A stretch of 63,455 nucleotides of DNA, filler included. It is 4 parts of 4 records of this genome, joined end to end, with 100 filler letters (N's around TTAATTAATTAA, not from the genome) between each part and the next. Parts side by side here need not be neighbours in the genome. Positions count along the whole stretch, not along the records: positions 31,226 to 48,780 come from SRR31156797_25116; positions 48,881 to 57,820 come from SRR31156797_25133; positions 57,921 to 63,455 come from SRR31156797_25141; 1 more part is not named here. One strand, 5' to 3'. Below are positions 48,709 to 58,127 of this stretch, in pieces. A model generated the notes under the pieces. That model had not been told where the DNA came from and searched no databases. It saw only the letters and a program-made list of their open reading frames with translations. The position numbers were made by a program, and so were the translations under genes. The stretch's first letter is position 1. The number at the start of each line of letters is the position of its first letter.

Positions 48709-48780
48709 ATTTCATGAGACAATTTCCCGTTCAACGACAAAACCAAAACAACTAAAAGGTTTTGAAGAGTCCAGAGAAAC

Positions 48781-48880
48781 NNNNNNNNNNNNNNNNNNNN
48801 NNNNNNNNNNNNNNNNNNNNNNNNTTAATTAATTAANNNNNNNNNNNNNNNNNNNNNNNNNNNNNNNNNNNNNNNNNNNN
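48781..48880. other. artificial contig junction
   Basis: N runs with TTAATTAATTAA. Confidence 0.98.
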
Positions 48881-48910
48881 ACTTGTGCCTCGACTTGTGC
48901 CTCGACTTGT
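48881..48910. repeat. 12-bp coding tandem repeat (QVEA) at the contig end
   Basis: ACTTGTGCCTCG x2.5; likely cause of the assembly break. Confidence 0.75.
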
Positions 48911-49682
48911 CCGGTTTTAGCTTGAACCGTGATTTGGTCTGTTAATGGCACAATAAACCGCATCCTCATACCGATTTCCACGATTTGTAGTTCGGGCAGA
49001 CCGAGTTCTTCGGCCTCTTTGAAAACACGCCGGACACCGCTGCCCCACTGTTCTATGAGATCCAATTCCCGGAATACCCGCGCAATCACCGAGTTTCGGA
49101 TTCTGGAGACCCCCTGTTTCATGTCCTCGATGGTCATGCCGGGAAGGAGAATGCCGGGATTTTCAACTTCAATGTGGTCATCGAAAAAAGCGATGCGGGT
49201 GGGGGCGCCGCGCTGGGAATAGTCGGCGTGAACCAGGGCATTGATTACTACCTCGCGCAGAATGCCAAGGGGAATACTCCAGACATCTTTGCGCCGGATT
49301 TCTGAGAAATCAGCGCCGCGCATGGCGTGTTTCTTGAGAAACAGCATGATACTTTCCACGGCCTGGGGCAGATGGTCGTGCAGTTCCATATGATCAAAGA
49401 TCTCAGCCTTATTCTGTCCCACAAACCGACCGCACTGAATCCAGGCATCGGGGAAATAGCGGATTCGATCTTTTCCGAACAACAATACGGCGCCTTTGGT
49501 GGGCACAAGCCGCCCCTGTTCATGGGTCAGCAACTTCAAGGTGATCAATTCCTCTTCGCCCAGTTTGCGGCCCCTGTCAAACAGAGACTTCATTGACGCC
49601 AGATCCAGATCATCGGCCGACAACTCAGGCATGGGATCTTGCCTTCCGGGCTGGTGAGAATTTGCTTGATTTTGGCTGTCAT
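48881..49682 (-). pseudogene. AlbA_2 / ATP-binding (RecG-C-like HATPase) protein with internal deletion, 3' end cut by the contig
   Basis: REVVINALVHADY, IEVENPG, RNSVIARVF, IEQWGSG. An upstream ATG gives MTAKIKQILTSPEGK, then jumps out of frame into PMPELS. Confidence 0.7.
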
Positions 49683-49725
49683 TTGCCTGTCCGCCTTGCG
49701 GCCGAATACTCCGGTTGGACCGTTG

Positions 49726-50148
49726 TCACCCGTCCAATTCTATCTCGTTTTCTTTACACCATTCACGGAGAGCCTGCTCTTCCCGGCTGTTTTCGATACC
49801 GTACCATTTTTCCAGCAGGCCTCGCCGCTCCAATAGCGTTTTGTAGCTGGAGTACGCCCCGCTGCCACGGAACATTTTCCGAACACTCTCATAATCGTCC
49901 GGGAGGTATTCTTCGACGAACTCAAAGACCAGATTCCTACCGAGGCCAAGATCATTCTTGTGGGGAATTTCAATGCACTGGTCCCAGTCAAGATCATCCT
50001 CGTCTTCTATTTCGTCGATCCCGGCCATGTCCGAACGGTACAGTATCTTCCCGGTATCCTTGCACAGCACAACAGCGTTCATCCCGTACATCGCTGAAGC
50101 AACATACATGAAGGCATTTTCGATCTCTGAAAACAAAAACTTGGCCAT
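49726..50148 (-). CDS. UPF0158-family protein
   Basis: L...TG.I, IP, F...GAY..YK.LL....L..WY, WC.EN.I. Confidence 0.8.
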   Translation of the reverse strand: MAKFLFSEIENAFMYVASAMYGMNAVVLCKDTGKILYRSDMAGIDEIEDEDDLDWDQCIEIPHKNDLGLGRNLVFEFVEEYLPDDYESVRKMFRGSGAYSSYKTLLERRGLLEKWYGIENSREEQALREWCKENEIELDG

Positions 50149-50150
50149 AA

Positions 50151-50435
50151 TCAGGCTGCTATCCTCCGGAGATTATCGATATTTACCTTTTGTTTTGCTT
50201 TCCATAAATCAAATTGAAGTTGAAGCTTTAGCCATCCTTCGGGGGTACGACCGAAAACCTTTGAAAGTCTCAAGGCCATTTCAGGACTAATGCCCGATTT
50301 CCCATTTAAGAGCATTGAAAACGTCTTCCTGGTAACACCAAGAGATTCCGCTGCTTTCGTAACGGTTAAATTGAGTGGCTCTACACAAAATTCCTTTATT
50401 ATTTCACCTGGATGAGGTGGGTTATGCATACCCAT
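50151..50435 (-). CDS. higA: HigA-family antitoxin
   Basis: [28 protein letters not shown]. Confidence 0.93.
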   Translation of the reverse strand: MGMHNPPHPGEIIKEFCVEPLNLTVTKAAESLGVTRKTFSMLLNGKSGISPEMALRLSKVFGRTPEGWLKLQLQFDLWKAKQKVNIDNLRRIAA

Positions 50436-50446
50436 AACAAACTCCT

Positions 50447-50725
50447 TTAATAATAATCTTCATAATGTACCTCTAAAGTATCTCCATTTTTCAGCTTGAA
50501 TGTCACTCGCCAATTTCCGCTAACCGTTACAGCTAATGTATTCTTTCTTTTACCTTTTAGTTTGTGCAAATTCAGACCGGGCAAGGCCATATCATCAATA
50601 GTTTCGGATGTCTCAAAAAGTGCGAGAATTTTCCGAAGGCGCTCTGCATGCTGTGGATTGACCCCGGAGATATCTCCTGTTTCAAATAACCTCTTCAGCC
50701 CTTTATGTTTAAACGATGTTATCAT
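50447..50725 (-). CDS. higB: HigB-family toxin
   Basis: [33 protein letters not shown]. Confidence 0.93.
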   Translation of the reverse strand: MITSFKHKGLKRLFETGDISGVNPQHAERLRKILALFETSETIDDMALPGLNLHKLKGKRKNTLAVTVSGNWRVTFKLKNGDTLEVHYEDYY

Positions 50726-50732
50726 TGCAGCC

Positions 50733-50761
50733 ATCGTAACCTATGTCGTAACAGGTGTCAA
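50733..50761 (-). promoter_or_regulatory. higBA sigma-70 promoter
   Basis: TTGACA-17 bp-TACGAT with GTTAC half-sites; the ATG is 7 nt downstream. Confidence 0.7.
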
Positions 50762-50809
50762 CGGTGAGAGCTTTTTCCGCGTAATCGGTGTAATCCGTGG
50801 TGCCTGCTT

Positions 50810-51310
50810 TTACCGTATCTTGATCCGCTGTCCTGCCCGAATCGCTACCGTTAGCCTCTCCCTGAGTTCACTCAAGAATTTTTCAATATCATCATCAGTC
50901 TCCAGATAGATTGCACCGACCAATTCAGTCGGTTTCACAATACACCGAGGCTTCACGGTAACCTTCGGTTTTTCAACCGGTGGTTCATGGGCGGTCTGCT
51001 TTTTTATCGGAGGCATCCTGACAAACGCTTCAATTTTTTCAATTGCCACATCAAGCGCCCGCACAGCTTCCTGTTCAGACTGGTTCAAGTGGGCGATGCT
51101 TTCCTGCTTTTGCGCCTGTTTTAACAGTTGCTCCAGGGGCTTGAGGCATTGAGCGCGTAAATTACCATCCGCTGAAACCGAATCCAGTTCATTTCCGGCC
51201 TCACCCAGCAAAGCAGAAATCCTGATGGTAGCTTTTTCCCGCCGCTTCCGAATCAGCCCTTCGTTTACCTCGCCAACGATCCGAACAATGCCCTCAACTT
51301 CATAAGGCTT
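50810..51310 (-). pseudogene. brxC: BREX P-loop protein BrxC, C-terminal fragment
   Basis: ...ESIAHL.Q..., ending YLETDDDIEKFL..LR..L..AI..G.RIKIR*. I recognise this as a type I BrxC C-terminus. Confidence 0.7.
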
Positions 51311-51455
51311 CGGGTTTGGAGTATATTTTTGACCAGTACTGCCTGATCCCAAACCTGTTTATCAACGCCCTGGAGAGGCAGGCCCACGATGATCCGGCTT
51401 TCCTGAACCTTCAACGATCCTGCGGTGATATCCGCTTTGTATCTCAAGGTAGCAT
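51300..51455 (-). pseudogene. brxA: BREX BrxA (DUF1819), N-terminal fragment
   Basis: RYKADITAGSLKVQESRII...W..A....NILQTRS. The RBS-preceded ATG at 51455 is out of frame with it. Confidence 0.75.
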
Positions 51456-51731
51456 GCGCCTTTCCAAACTCTCTTTTCGCTATTTCAACTTCGAAAAAAA
51501 ATAATACGAGAATATCACTGATATTTCATCTACACCTAGCTATTTTATAAGTCAACGAAAACCAGGAAAGGTACATGGAACACAAAGTTTTGAAAAATAC
51601 GGTCACAACCAAAAAAACGATGTTGATATCCGAACTCACCCCTTTCAGTTTAAAACTTGAATGATTTCAACCCATGTGCCATATTTATCCTATCTTCTTT
51701 TAGGATCACGGTTTTTTCGGGGAATGGAAAA

Positions 51732-52688
51732 ATGAAAATTTCAATGGGCGATTTAAATGAGATTGATCTATTTCGAAATATCGAGTTCAAAAAATTGCCG
51801 CCCGAACTTGAAGAAGCCCAAATAAATGCATTTTCGCCGGGAGAGATCATCCTTTCTCCGGAGAATAAAAACAGGAGCATCTACTTCCTGCTGTGGGGAC
51901 AATTGGGTATCCACCTGGAAAGCCCCCATTCCCAAATGCTCCGAACCATTGAAGTGGGCGATTGTGTCGGCGAATTGTCTCTGATCGAAAACATCAACCC
52001 TTCCGCTTATGTTCTGGCCAGAAAACCGTCACGGCTGTTGAAACTACCCCACGAAACATTATGGGAAATGGTCTATGCCAACGGCCGTATCGCCAAAAAC
52101 CTCCTTTCAATCATTTCAAAACGGCTTCTGCTCAGCACCCAATTGATACTTCAGGAAAAAATCCGCAGCAGAAAGCTGGAAAAGTTTGCAATGGTTGACG
52201 GCCTGACGGGTCTCTACAACCGGCGCTGGTTTGACAAAGCCATGAACCGCCACTTGAATCGATATGAACGCTGCCGGGAAACCTTCACCCTGTGCATGGT
52301 TGATGTGGATCATTTCAAACATTACAACGACCATTACGGGCACCAGGCCGGGGATGTTGCCCTGTCCACCCTGGCAAAAGTACTGAGCGAAAGCGTAAGG
52401 CCCACCGATTTCGTGGCCCGGTACGGCGGAGAGGAATTTGCCGTCATCCTCCCCTCCACCTCTGTGGAAGAGGCCGGGATTGTGGCGAAGAGATTGTGTA
52501 AAGCGGTCAGAGAGGCCAAGATTGAAATGCCCGGCGGCACACCGCTCCCTTCCATCACCATATCCATGGGCATTGCTCAGATGTGCTCCGGGTACTCACC
52601 CATCAACCTCACTGAAGCCGCCGACAAACAGTTGTACCGCGCCAAGGAAGAAGGGAGGGATTGTTTCCGTACCGATTTCTCCAAATAG
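51732..52688 (+). CDS. cNMP-binding domain diguanylate cyclase
   Basis: GDCVGELSL...SA (cNMP domain); DGLTGLYNRR, DVDHFK, RPTD I-site, GGEEF. Confidence 0.9.
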   Translation: MKISMGDLNEIDLFRNIEFKKLPPELEEAQINAFSPGEIILSPENKNRSIYFLLWGQLGIHLESPHSQMLRTIEVGDCVGELSLIENINPSAYVLARKPSRLLKLPHETLWEMVYANGRIAKNLLSIISKRLLLSTQLILQEKIRSRKLEKFAMVDGLTGLYNRRWFDKAMNRHLNRYERCRETFTLCMVDVDHFKHYNDHYGHQAGDVALSTLAKVLSESVRPTDFVARYGGEEFAVILPSTSVEEAGIVAKRLCKAVREAKIEMPGGTPLPSITISMGIAQMCSGYSPINLTEAADKQLYRAKEEGRDCFRTDFSK

Positions 52689-52702
52689 AATAAATCCTGC
52701 CG

Positions 52703-54391
52703 TCAGGGCCTGGGCCCCAGGATCTTTGTAAGAATCTTTTGTGTAATCATATAGGTCGGTTTCACCCCTTCCTTTTCCATGGCGCCCGCGGCCAGGGTAT
52801 TGCCCGTCTTCAGGGGATTGTCCGATGCGTAGTAGGCATAGCGCACCTTGATGTCTTTTTTCACGTTCCCCTTAATGATGGCTGCACCGATGGCCCGCTG
52901 ATAGTGCCCGCCCTCCATTTCGAGACCGATGATTTTCCAGCTGGCCTCAAATTCCGTGAGCATATGCCGGTTTTGGAGGGAGGTTCCCAGAACCGTGGCC
53001 ATGGGTCCGGTGAAAACACCGTCCGCACCCTCGAAATCCTCCTTTTTCAGGTCATTATCGAAAATATAGTTGTCACCGGTGCCCTCAAAAATATGGGCCG
53101 TGGGCAACATAATATCCCCTTTTTTCCCCGGCAGAATCCCGGCTTTACCCATGATGGAAACGGTGCTGAAGTGAAAGCGCGTGACGGTTTCGCCGCTCTC
53201 ATGGGGTTCAAGAAGATTTTCCATGAGTTCAAAGGCCTGGGCGCCGAAGGCATAGTCAATCACCACAATGACCGGTCCGTCCTTTTTGATTCGGGACTTA
53301 CCCATGTCGATTCCCGGATGAAACCGCACCGGTCCCAGCAGGGCCGTATCGATCACCTGGCATCCCACATGGCAGCCGGATTCATCCTTCAGTTCATGGA
53401 ACCCGTATTTTGCGGCAAAGTCCTTTATCTCTTCCCCGCAATCCCGGACGCGAAGAGCCAATTCATAGGGGTCTTCATCCGGAATGGCCTCATGGTCACC
53501 ACCCATGGCGGCATATGCGTAGAGGGTGTTCCGTACGCTGTGCAGATTGGCGCTGATGATATGGAGGGGACGTTCCGCCAAATTTAATGCCACAAGGGTT
53601 TCATGAATGTGCCCGGCCCATTTCTTCTCATATTCATGGTAACCGATAATATTCATCAGAGACGGCGTTAAATAGATGGTGAGGGCATTATCCCAGGACT
53701 GTTGTTCCGCTTCCACCCTGATGCCCAAATGATATACCAGGGAGAAAAGTCCATGGTTGCTCCCAAAGGATTTTTTGCTGTTTTCAAGGCGTTCATAAGT
53801 GCTGCGGGTCTCCCGGTAAGGCCTTCCCAGTATAATACTGAGATCCCAAAGGGCCTGATCCAGTTCAGCGGAGCTGAACCGGTCCATATTCTGAACAGCC
53901 TTTTCCAATTCATGCCATTCGATGCTGGTCTTTCCGGTGGAATCCTTCATTTTCCCGTGAATTTTCTTGGCTTCCACGTTGAGGAAGGTCAAGTGGGTCA
54001 CGATATCATAGATCTCGCTGAGCCCCCGGGAGATAACGAAGCACATTTCGTTTTTTCCCACGCAATAGCAGGTCCGCCTTCTTTTAAAGGGTTCGGTCCG
54101 CTCAAAGGCGTCGTTCCCCGAAGGATCCTCCTCAGTCAGAATCACCCGGTTGCATTTCTCGATACCCCGTGGCAGGCGGTCGATCACATACTCCATGCCG
54201 TTGAGTTCAACAACCCTCGGGTCATTCATGGAACCGTATATTTCCGGCCTCAGATTGAGCAGGCAGCGTTCAAGGGACCGGCCCGTTTTGCCGTTTTGGC
54301 GATACTCCCCCTTGATGGCAAGGGCGTCGGTAATGGTTTTAAATTCCCTGACCGCGCACCGGGCTTTCTGTCCTCCGGTCAATTCATGCAT
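52703..54391 (-). CDS. DUF6909-like conserved protein (C-terminal nucleoside-phosphorylase-like region)
   Basis: LRPEIYGS, HIISANLHS, DYAFG.QA, MGKAG, GTSLQN, GLEMEG, YYASDNP. Confidence 0.7.
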   Translation of the reverse strand: MHELTGGQKARCAVREFKTITDALAIKGEYRQNGKTGRSLERCLLNLRPEIYGSMNDPRVVELNGMEYVIDRLPRGIEKCNRVILTEEDPSGNDAFERTEPFKRRRTCYCVGKNEMCFVISRGLSEIYDIVTHLTFLNVEAKKIHGKMKDSTGKTSIEWHELEKAVQNMDRFSSAELDQALWDLSIILGRPYRETRSTYERLENSKKSFGSNHGLFSLVYHLGIRVEAEQQSWDNALTIYLTPSLMNIIGYHEYEKKWAGHIHETLVALNLAERPLHIISANLHSVRNTLYAYAAMGGDHEAIPDEDPYELALRVRDCGEEIKDFAAKYGFHELKDESGCHVGCQVIDTALLGPVRFHPGIDMGKSRIKKDGPVIVVIDYAFGAQAFELMENLLEPHESGETVTRFHFSTVSIMGKAGILPGKKGDIMLPTAHIFEGTGDNYIFDNDLKKEDFEGADGVFTGPMATVLGTSLQNRHMLTEFEASWKIIGLEMEGGHYQRAIGAAIIKGNVKKDIKVRYAYYASDNPLKTGNTLAAGAMEKEGVKPTYMITQKILTKILGPRP

Positions 54392-54640
54392 TTTCCTAAT
54401 CTCCCGACCCGGATTTCCGGATTAACCATGATTACCGGATACCGATTCAACAGTATCAATTCGCCTGTTTGACGGATTTGCATTTCAAAAGATCATGATT
54501 ATTTTTTCACAATTTGCTTTTGATGCCTATATGGGCATCATGAAACATTTTTTCGGGCTGATTTTCCATTTCCCACATCATCGAATTTCAGCCAATTTCA
54601 AAGTGCGGGTCCCTGCCCGCCGGGAAAGGATTATAACAAA

Positions 54641-55138
54641 ATGGTAAAATTAGAAACCAGCATGGGCGACATTTTTCTGGAACTTGATGAAGAAAAAGCC
54701 CCGAAATCCACGGAAAATTTTCTGGCCTACGTCAATGACGGCCATTATGACGGTACCATCTTTCACCGGGTCATCGACGGGTTCATGATTCAGGGGGGCG
54801 GCTTCACCGAGGACATGCAGCAGAAGCCCACCAAGGACCCCATTGTCAATGAAGCGGACAACATGCTCAAAAACGACTCTTATACGGTTGCCATGGCCCG
54901 GACGCCGGATCCCGACAGCGCCACAAGCCAGTTCTTCATCAATGTGAAAAACAATGATTTCCTGAATCATACCGCCAAGACGGCCCAAGGGTGGGGATAC
55001 GCGGTATTCGGGAAGGTCGCCAAGGGTCACGGCATCGTCAATAAAATGAAAGGCGTTGCCACGGGCAATAAAGGCCCCCACGCCGATGTGCCCCTTGAAA
55101 CCATCACCATCATCAAAGCGAGTGTGGCGGACGAATAG
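54641..55138 (+). CDS. ppiB: peptidyl-prolyl cis-trans isomerase (cyclophilin)
   Basis: FHRVIDGFMIQGGG, AMART, SATSQFFIN, GYAVFG. Confidence 0.93.
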   Translation: MVKLETSMGDIFLELDEEKAPKSTENFLAYVNDGHYDGTIFHRVIDGFMIQGGGFTEDMQQKPTKDPIVNEADNMLKNDSYTVAMARTPDPDSATSQFFINVKNNDFLNHTAKTAQGWGYAVFGKVAKGHGIVNKMKGVATGNKGPHADVPLETITIIKASVADE

Positions 55139-55152
55139 AAGGACCCTATAAC

Positions 55153-55182
55153 CGATGAACGTTCAATATTGAACGTTCATCG
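55153..55182. repeat. perfect 30-bp palindrome
   Basis: CGATGAACGTTCAATATTGAACGTTCATCG is its own reverse complement. Confidence 0.9.
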
Positions 55183-55207
55183 TCAAAAACCCTAAGGGAT
55201 TAAAAAT

Positions 55208-55543
55208 CTAAGGACTCAAAAACACCTGATCTTCAAAAGCCTTACGCAATGCTCCCGAAAGGGCCTCCGCCGTAATTTCATCGGCCAGTTCCACCATCAA
55301 TTCCCCTTTGGGGCCCACCGCCAGCTTTCCGTACCGTTCCACAATTTCCGCGATTTCCAGGGGTTCCCGGGTCCACCAGCCGCGGGTCCGCATGAGCAGT
55401 TCTCTCCCCTTCAAACGGCGGGGCGTCACCAGATCGATGTTCCTGAACCAGGCATCCCACCCGATCTGGGCCGGCGCTTTCAACACGGGGCTCACGGGAT
55501 CGTGATATATCCTGCAACGCCCGAAAAGACGAAGGGTGATCAT
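55208..55543 (-). CDS. hypothetical protein
   Basis: ATGA-coupled to the upstream ORF. Confidence 0.7.
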   Translation of the reverse strand: MITLRLFGRCRIYHDPVSPVLKAPAQIGWDAWFRNIDLVTPRRLKGRELLMRTRGWWTREPLEIAEIVERYGKLAVGPKGELMVELADEITAEALSGALRKAFEDQVFLSP

Positions 55544-55815
55544 TGTGCCCGGTCCTTCCGCCCGAGAATTTCCATCAAGCAAGCTTCGTAAACATCGGCA
55601 TAATCATTTTCAGTGAGGGAAACGGAGCGTCCCTTTTCGGCCTGGGCCCGTTCAAAACCCCGCAATGCCGATTCCCGTATCCCCCGCAACCTTTCATCAA
55701 AGGGTGAAAGTCCGGATCGCTCCATCCATATGCCCTGCACCGCTTCCATCCGTTTAAACACCCGCCGCATCATTTGAACGGCCGGATCCCTGCCAAACTC
55801 GTCTGATGCCATCAT
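55540..55815 (-). CDS. hypothetical protein
   Basis: ATGA-coupled to the UPF0182 gene and to the downstream ORF. Confidence 0.65.
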   Translation of the reverse strand: MMASDEFGRDPAVQMMRRVFKRMEAVQGIWMERSGLSPFDERLRGIRESALRGFERAQAEKGRSVSLTENDYADVYEACLMEILGRKDRAQ

Positions 55816-57820
55816 TTTGTCCCATCTCTTTTTCCGGCGATTCTTTCCAGGACTTCCTCAAGTTTCTCAAGGTTTTCACCGTAACCGGTCCAATCGCCCA
55901 GGCGCAGACTCGCCTTTGCCCGCTTGTAATATTCAAGGGCCAAAAGGCCCAGGTCCGAGGTTTCAAGTAATTTTGTGGCCGCCGGCACATCGATTTTTCC
56001 GCGCTTCGTCCCTTTCCCCAGCACCCGGCTCAAAGCCAGATCGAGGGTCTGTTCCATGGCCACCCGGTTGCCAACGGCCACAATCACGCGCTTTAACTCG
56101 GGCAGGGATGCGGCCCTGGTGGGATCGCCGCCCGATGAAGCCGGTCCCATTTTTGATTTCAGTTTCTGCAATCCCCCCGCGGGCCGTCCACCGGTAGCAG
56201 GCACCGGTACGTCCTCCTGTTTGGCCTCCAGATAAATGGGTTCCACATAAACAAAAGCATCCAGCACGGGAACGGCCAGAAGGTTCCCGCGGATGACCCT
56301 GGAACCCTTTTGATCCCACAGGCTCAACTCCCGGGAGATATCGGTCTGCTGGTCAACCCTGGCCTCAATCTGCATGGGTCCGTAAACCAGCTTTTCCTTG
56401 GGCAGTTTGTAAACAATCAGGCTTCCGTATTCGGGCAGATCGCTTCTGGCCGCCAGCCATCCGATCATATTGTCTTTTTTGGAAGGGGTAAAGGGGAGCA
56501 TGAGTAGAAATTCCTCTTTCTCACCTTCCGGTAATTTGATGATAATATAATAGGGTTCCATTTTCTGCCGGCTGTCCCCGTACATTTCATCGGGAAGCTG
56601 CCACAGATCTTCCTGGTTATAGAACACCTGCACATCCTCCATGTGATACCGCGTGTAGGTGGCCGCCTGGATATGAAAGAAATCCTTGGGGTAGCGGATA
56701 TGCCGTTTCAGGTCTTCGGGCATTTCGTTGAAGGGCTTGAAGAGATCGGGAAAAATTTTGCTGTAAGCCCGGGCAATGGGATCCTGTTCATCCAGACGGT
56801 AAAAATTGACATCCCCATTATAGGCGTCAATGGTTACCTTGACGGAATTCCGGATGTAATTCAGGATACCCCGGTCAAAGGGGCTGTGACTGCGGGTGGA
56901 GTAGGGGTACATGTCCGATGTGGTATAGGCGTCAAGGATCCAGTAGAGTTTCCCTTTGGAAAGGACCATATAAGGGTCTTGATCGTAGGAGAGAAACGGC
57001 GCGATGGCCTTGACCCGCCCCTTGATCCGGCGGTTGTACATGATGCGACTATCGGTTGTCAGGTAGTTGGTGAAGAATATCTGGGGATCCTGAAAACTGA
57101 CGGCATAGAGAAACCGCCGGATAAACGAGCTGATGGGCACCCCTCCCCTCCCCTGGTACACGGAATAGACGTTTTTGTCACCCTTTGGGAAATCGAACTC
57201 CTTGCTGGTGGTCTTGACCAGCACATACTGGTCCGTCATCTCTCCGTAATAGATCTCAGGCCGGTCTATTTTTTGCAAACCGGCCTCACAGACGGGTGGC
57301 AGATCCTTGATAAAGAGCCTTGGCAACCCTTCCCGGGTAACTTCATTGACCGGGCTTGCGGCCAAGCCGTAACCGTGGGTGTAGGTCAGGTGGCGGTTGA
57401 CCCATGTATTGGCCTGGGCCGGAAGCTTTTTCACCACCAGTTCCCTGGCAGCCAGCATGAGTTGTCGGTACTGTCCTTCGATCATATAGCGATCCACATC
57501 CACATTGTTAAAGTCGTAGTAGAGCCGTATGGATTGAATCTGCTGGTAGGTTTTGAGCAACGGCCGTTCATCCCAGATTCGGATATTCTGCATGGTGACC
57601 CGCTGCTGTTTCGCCTCTTCCAGGCTCAGGTTGTCATTGACCTCAAAACTGACCTCCCTGATCTTGTTCAGGTTGTAGGCCTCCCGGGTGCTGGCAATAT
57701 TGTGGGATATATATTGGGACTCCTTTGTGAACTCATTGGGTTTCACCACAACCTTCTGAATGGCCATGGGCAGAATGATGGTGAACACCAAGAGGGATCC
57801 CACCCAAACCGCCCCCCCGA
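55812..57820 (-). CDS. UPF0182-family membrane protein, 5'-truncated
   Basis: NIRIWD, DVDRY, YTHGYG, PEIYYGE, NYIRNSVK, RYP, GNLL.VP.....YVEP.Y. Confidence 0.92.
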
Positions 57821-57920
57821 NNNNNNNNNNNNNNNNNNNNNNNNNNNNNNNNNNNNNNNNNNNNTTAATTAATTAANNNNNNNNNNNNNNNNNNNNNNNN
57901 NNNNNNNNNNNNNNNNNNNN
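57821..57920. other. artificial contig junction
   Basis: N runs with TTAATTAATTAA. Confidence 0.98.
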
Positions 57921-57959
57921 GATTTTTTCTTCGGTATTGTCTTTTTTTATTTCATTCAT
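57921..57959 (-). CDS. probable TetR-family regulator, first 13 codons only
   Basis: MNEIKKDNTEEKI resembles a TetR start (TEEKI). Palindromic operators lie just upstream. Confidence 0.45.
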
Positions 57960-57971
57960 AAAAAACAGTAT

Positions 57972-58062
57972 TTAACTATTTGATTTAACCAGTTGGTCAA
58001 AATTAGGCCAAAGAAATTTGTTGTGCAAGAAAATTATCCAAAAAGTTTAACCAAATGGTTAA
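57972..58062. promoter_or_regulatory. three related palindromic operator-like boxes
   Basis: TTAACTATTTGATTTA (57972), TTAACCAGTTGGTCAA (57985), TTAACCAAATGGTTAA (58047). Confidence 0.55.
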
Positions 58063-58127
58063 TTCCTGTTTTTCACAAGAATTATTTTAACTTTAAAACA
58101 AAATCTAAAACAACTAAAATCTAAAAG

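Noticed and set aside
48755..48780. Start of a possible Desulfovibrionaceae intergenic repeat at the contig end
   Set aside because: Too little sequence remains before the gap to support a call.
47148..49682. Linkage of the sugar porter with the defence island, or of the intron with the Opp ATPases
   Set aside because: Each pair is separated by an artificial contig junction.
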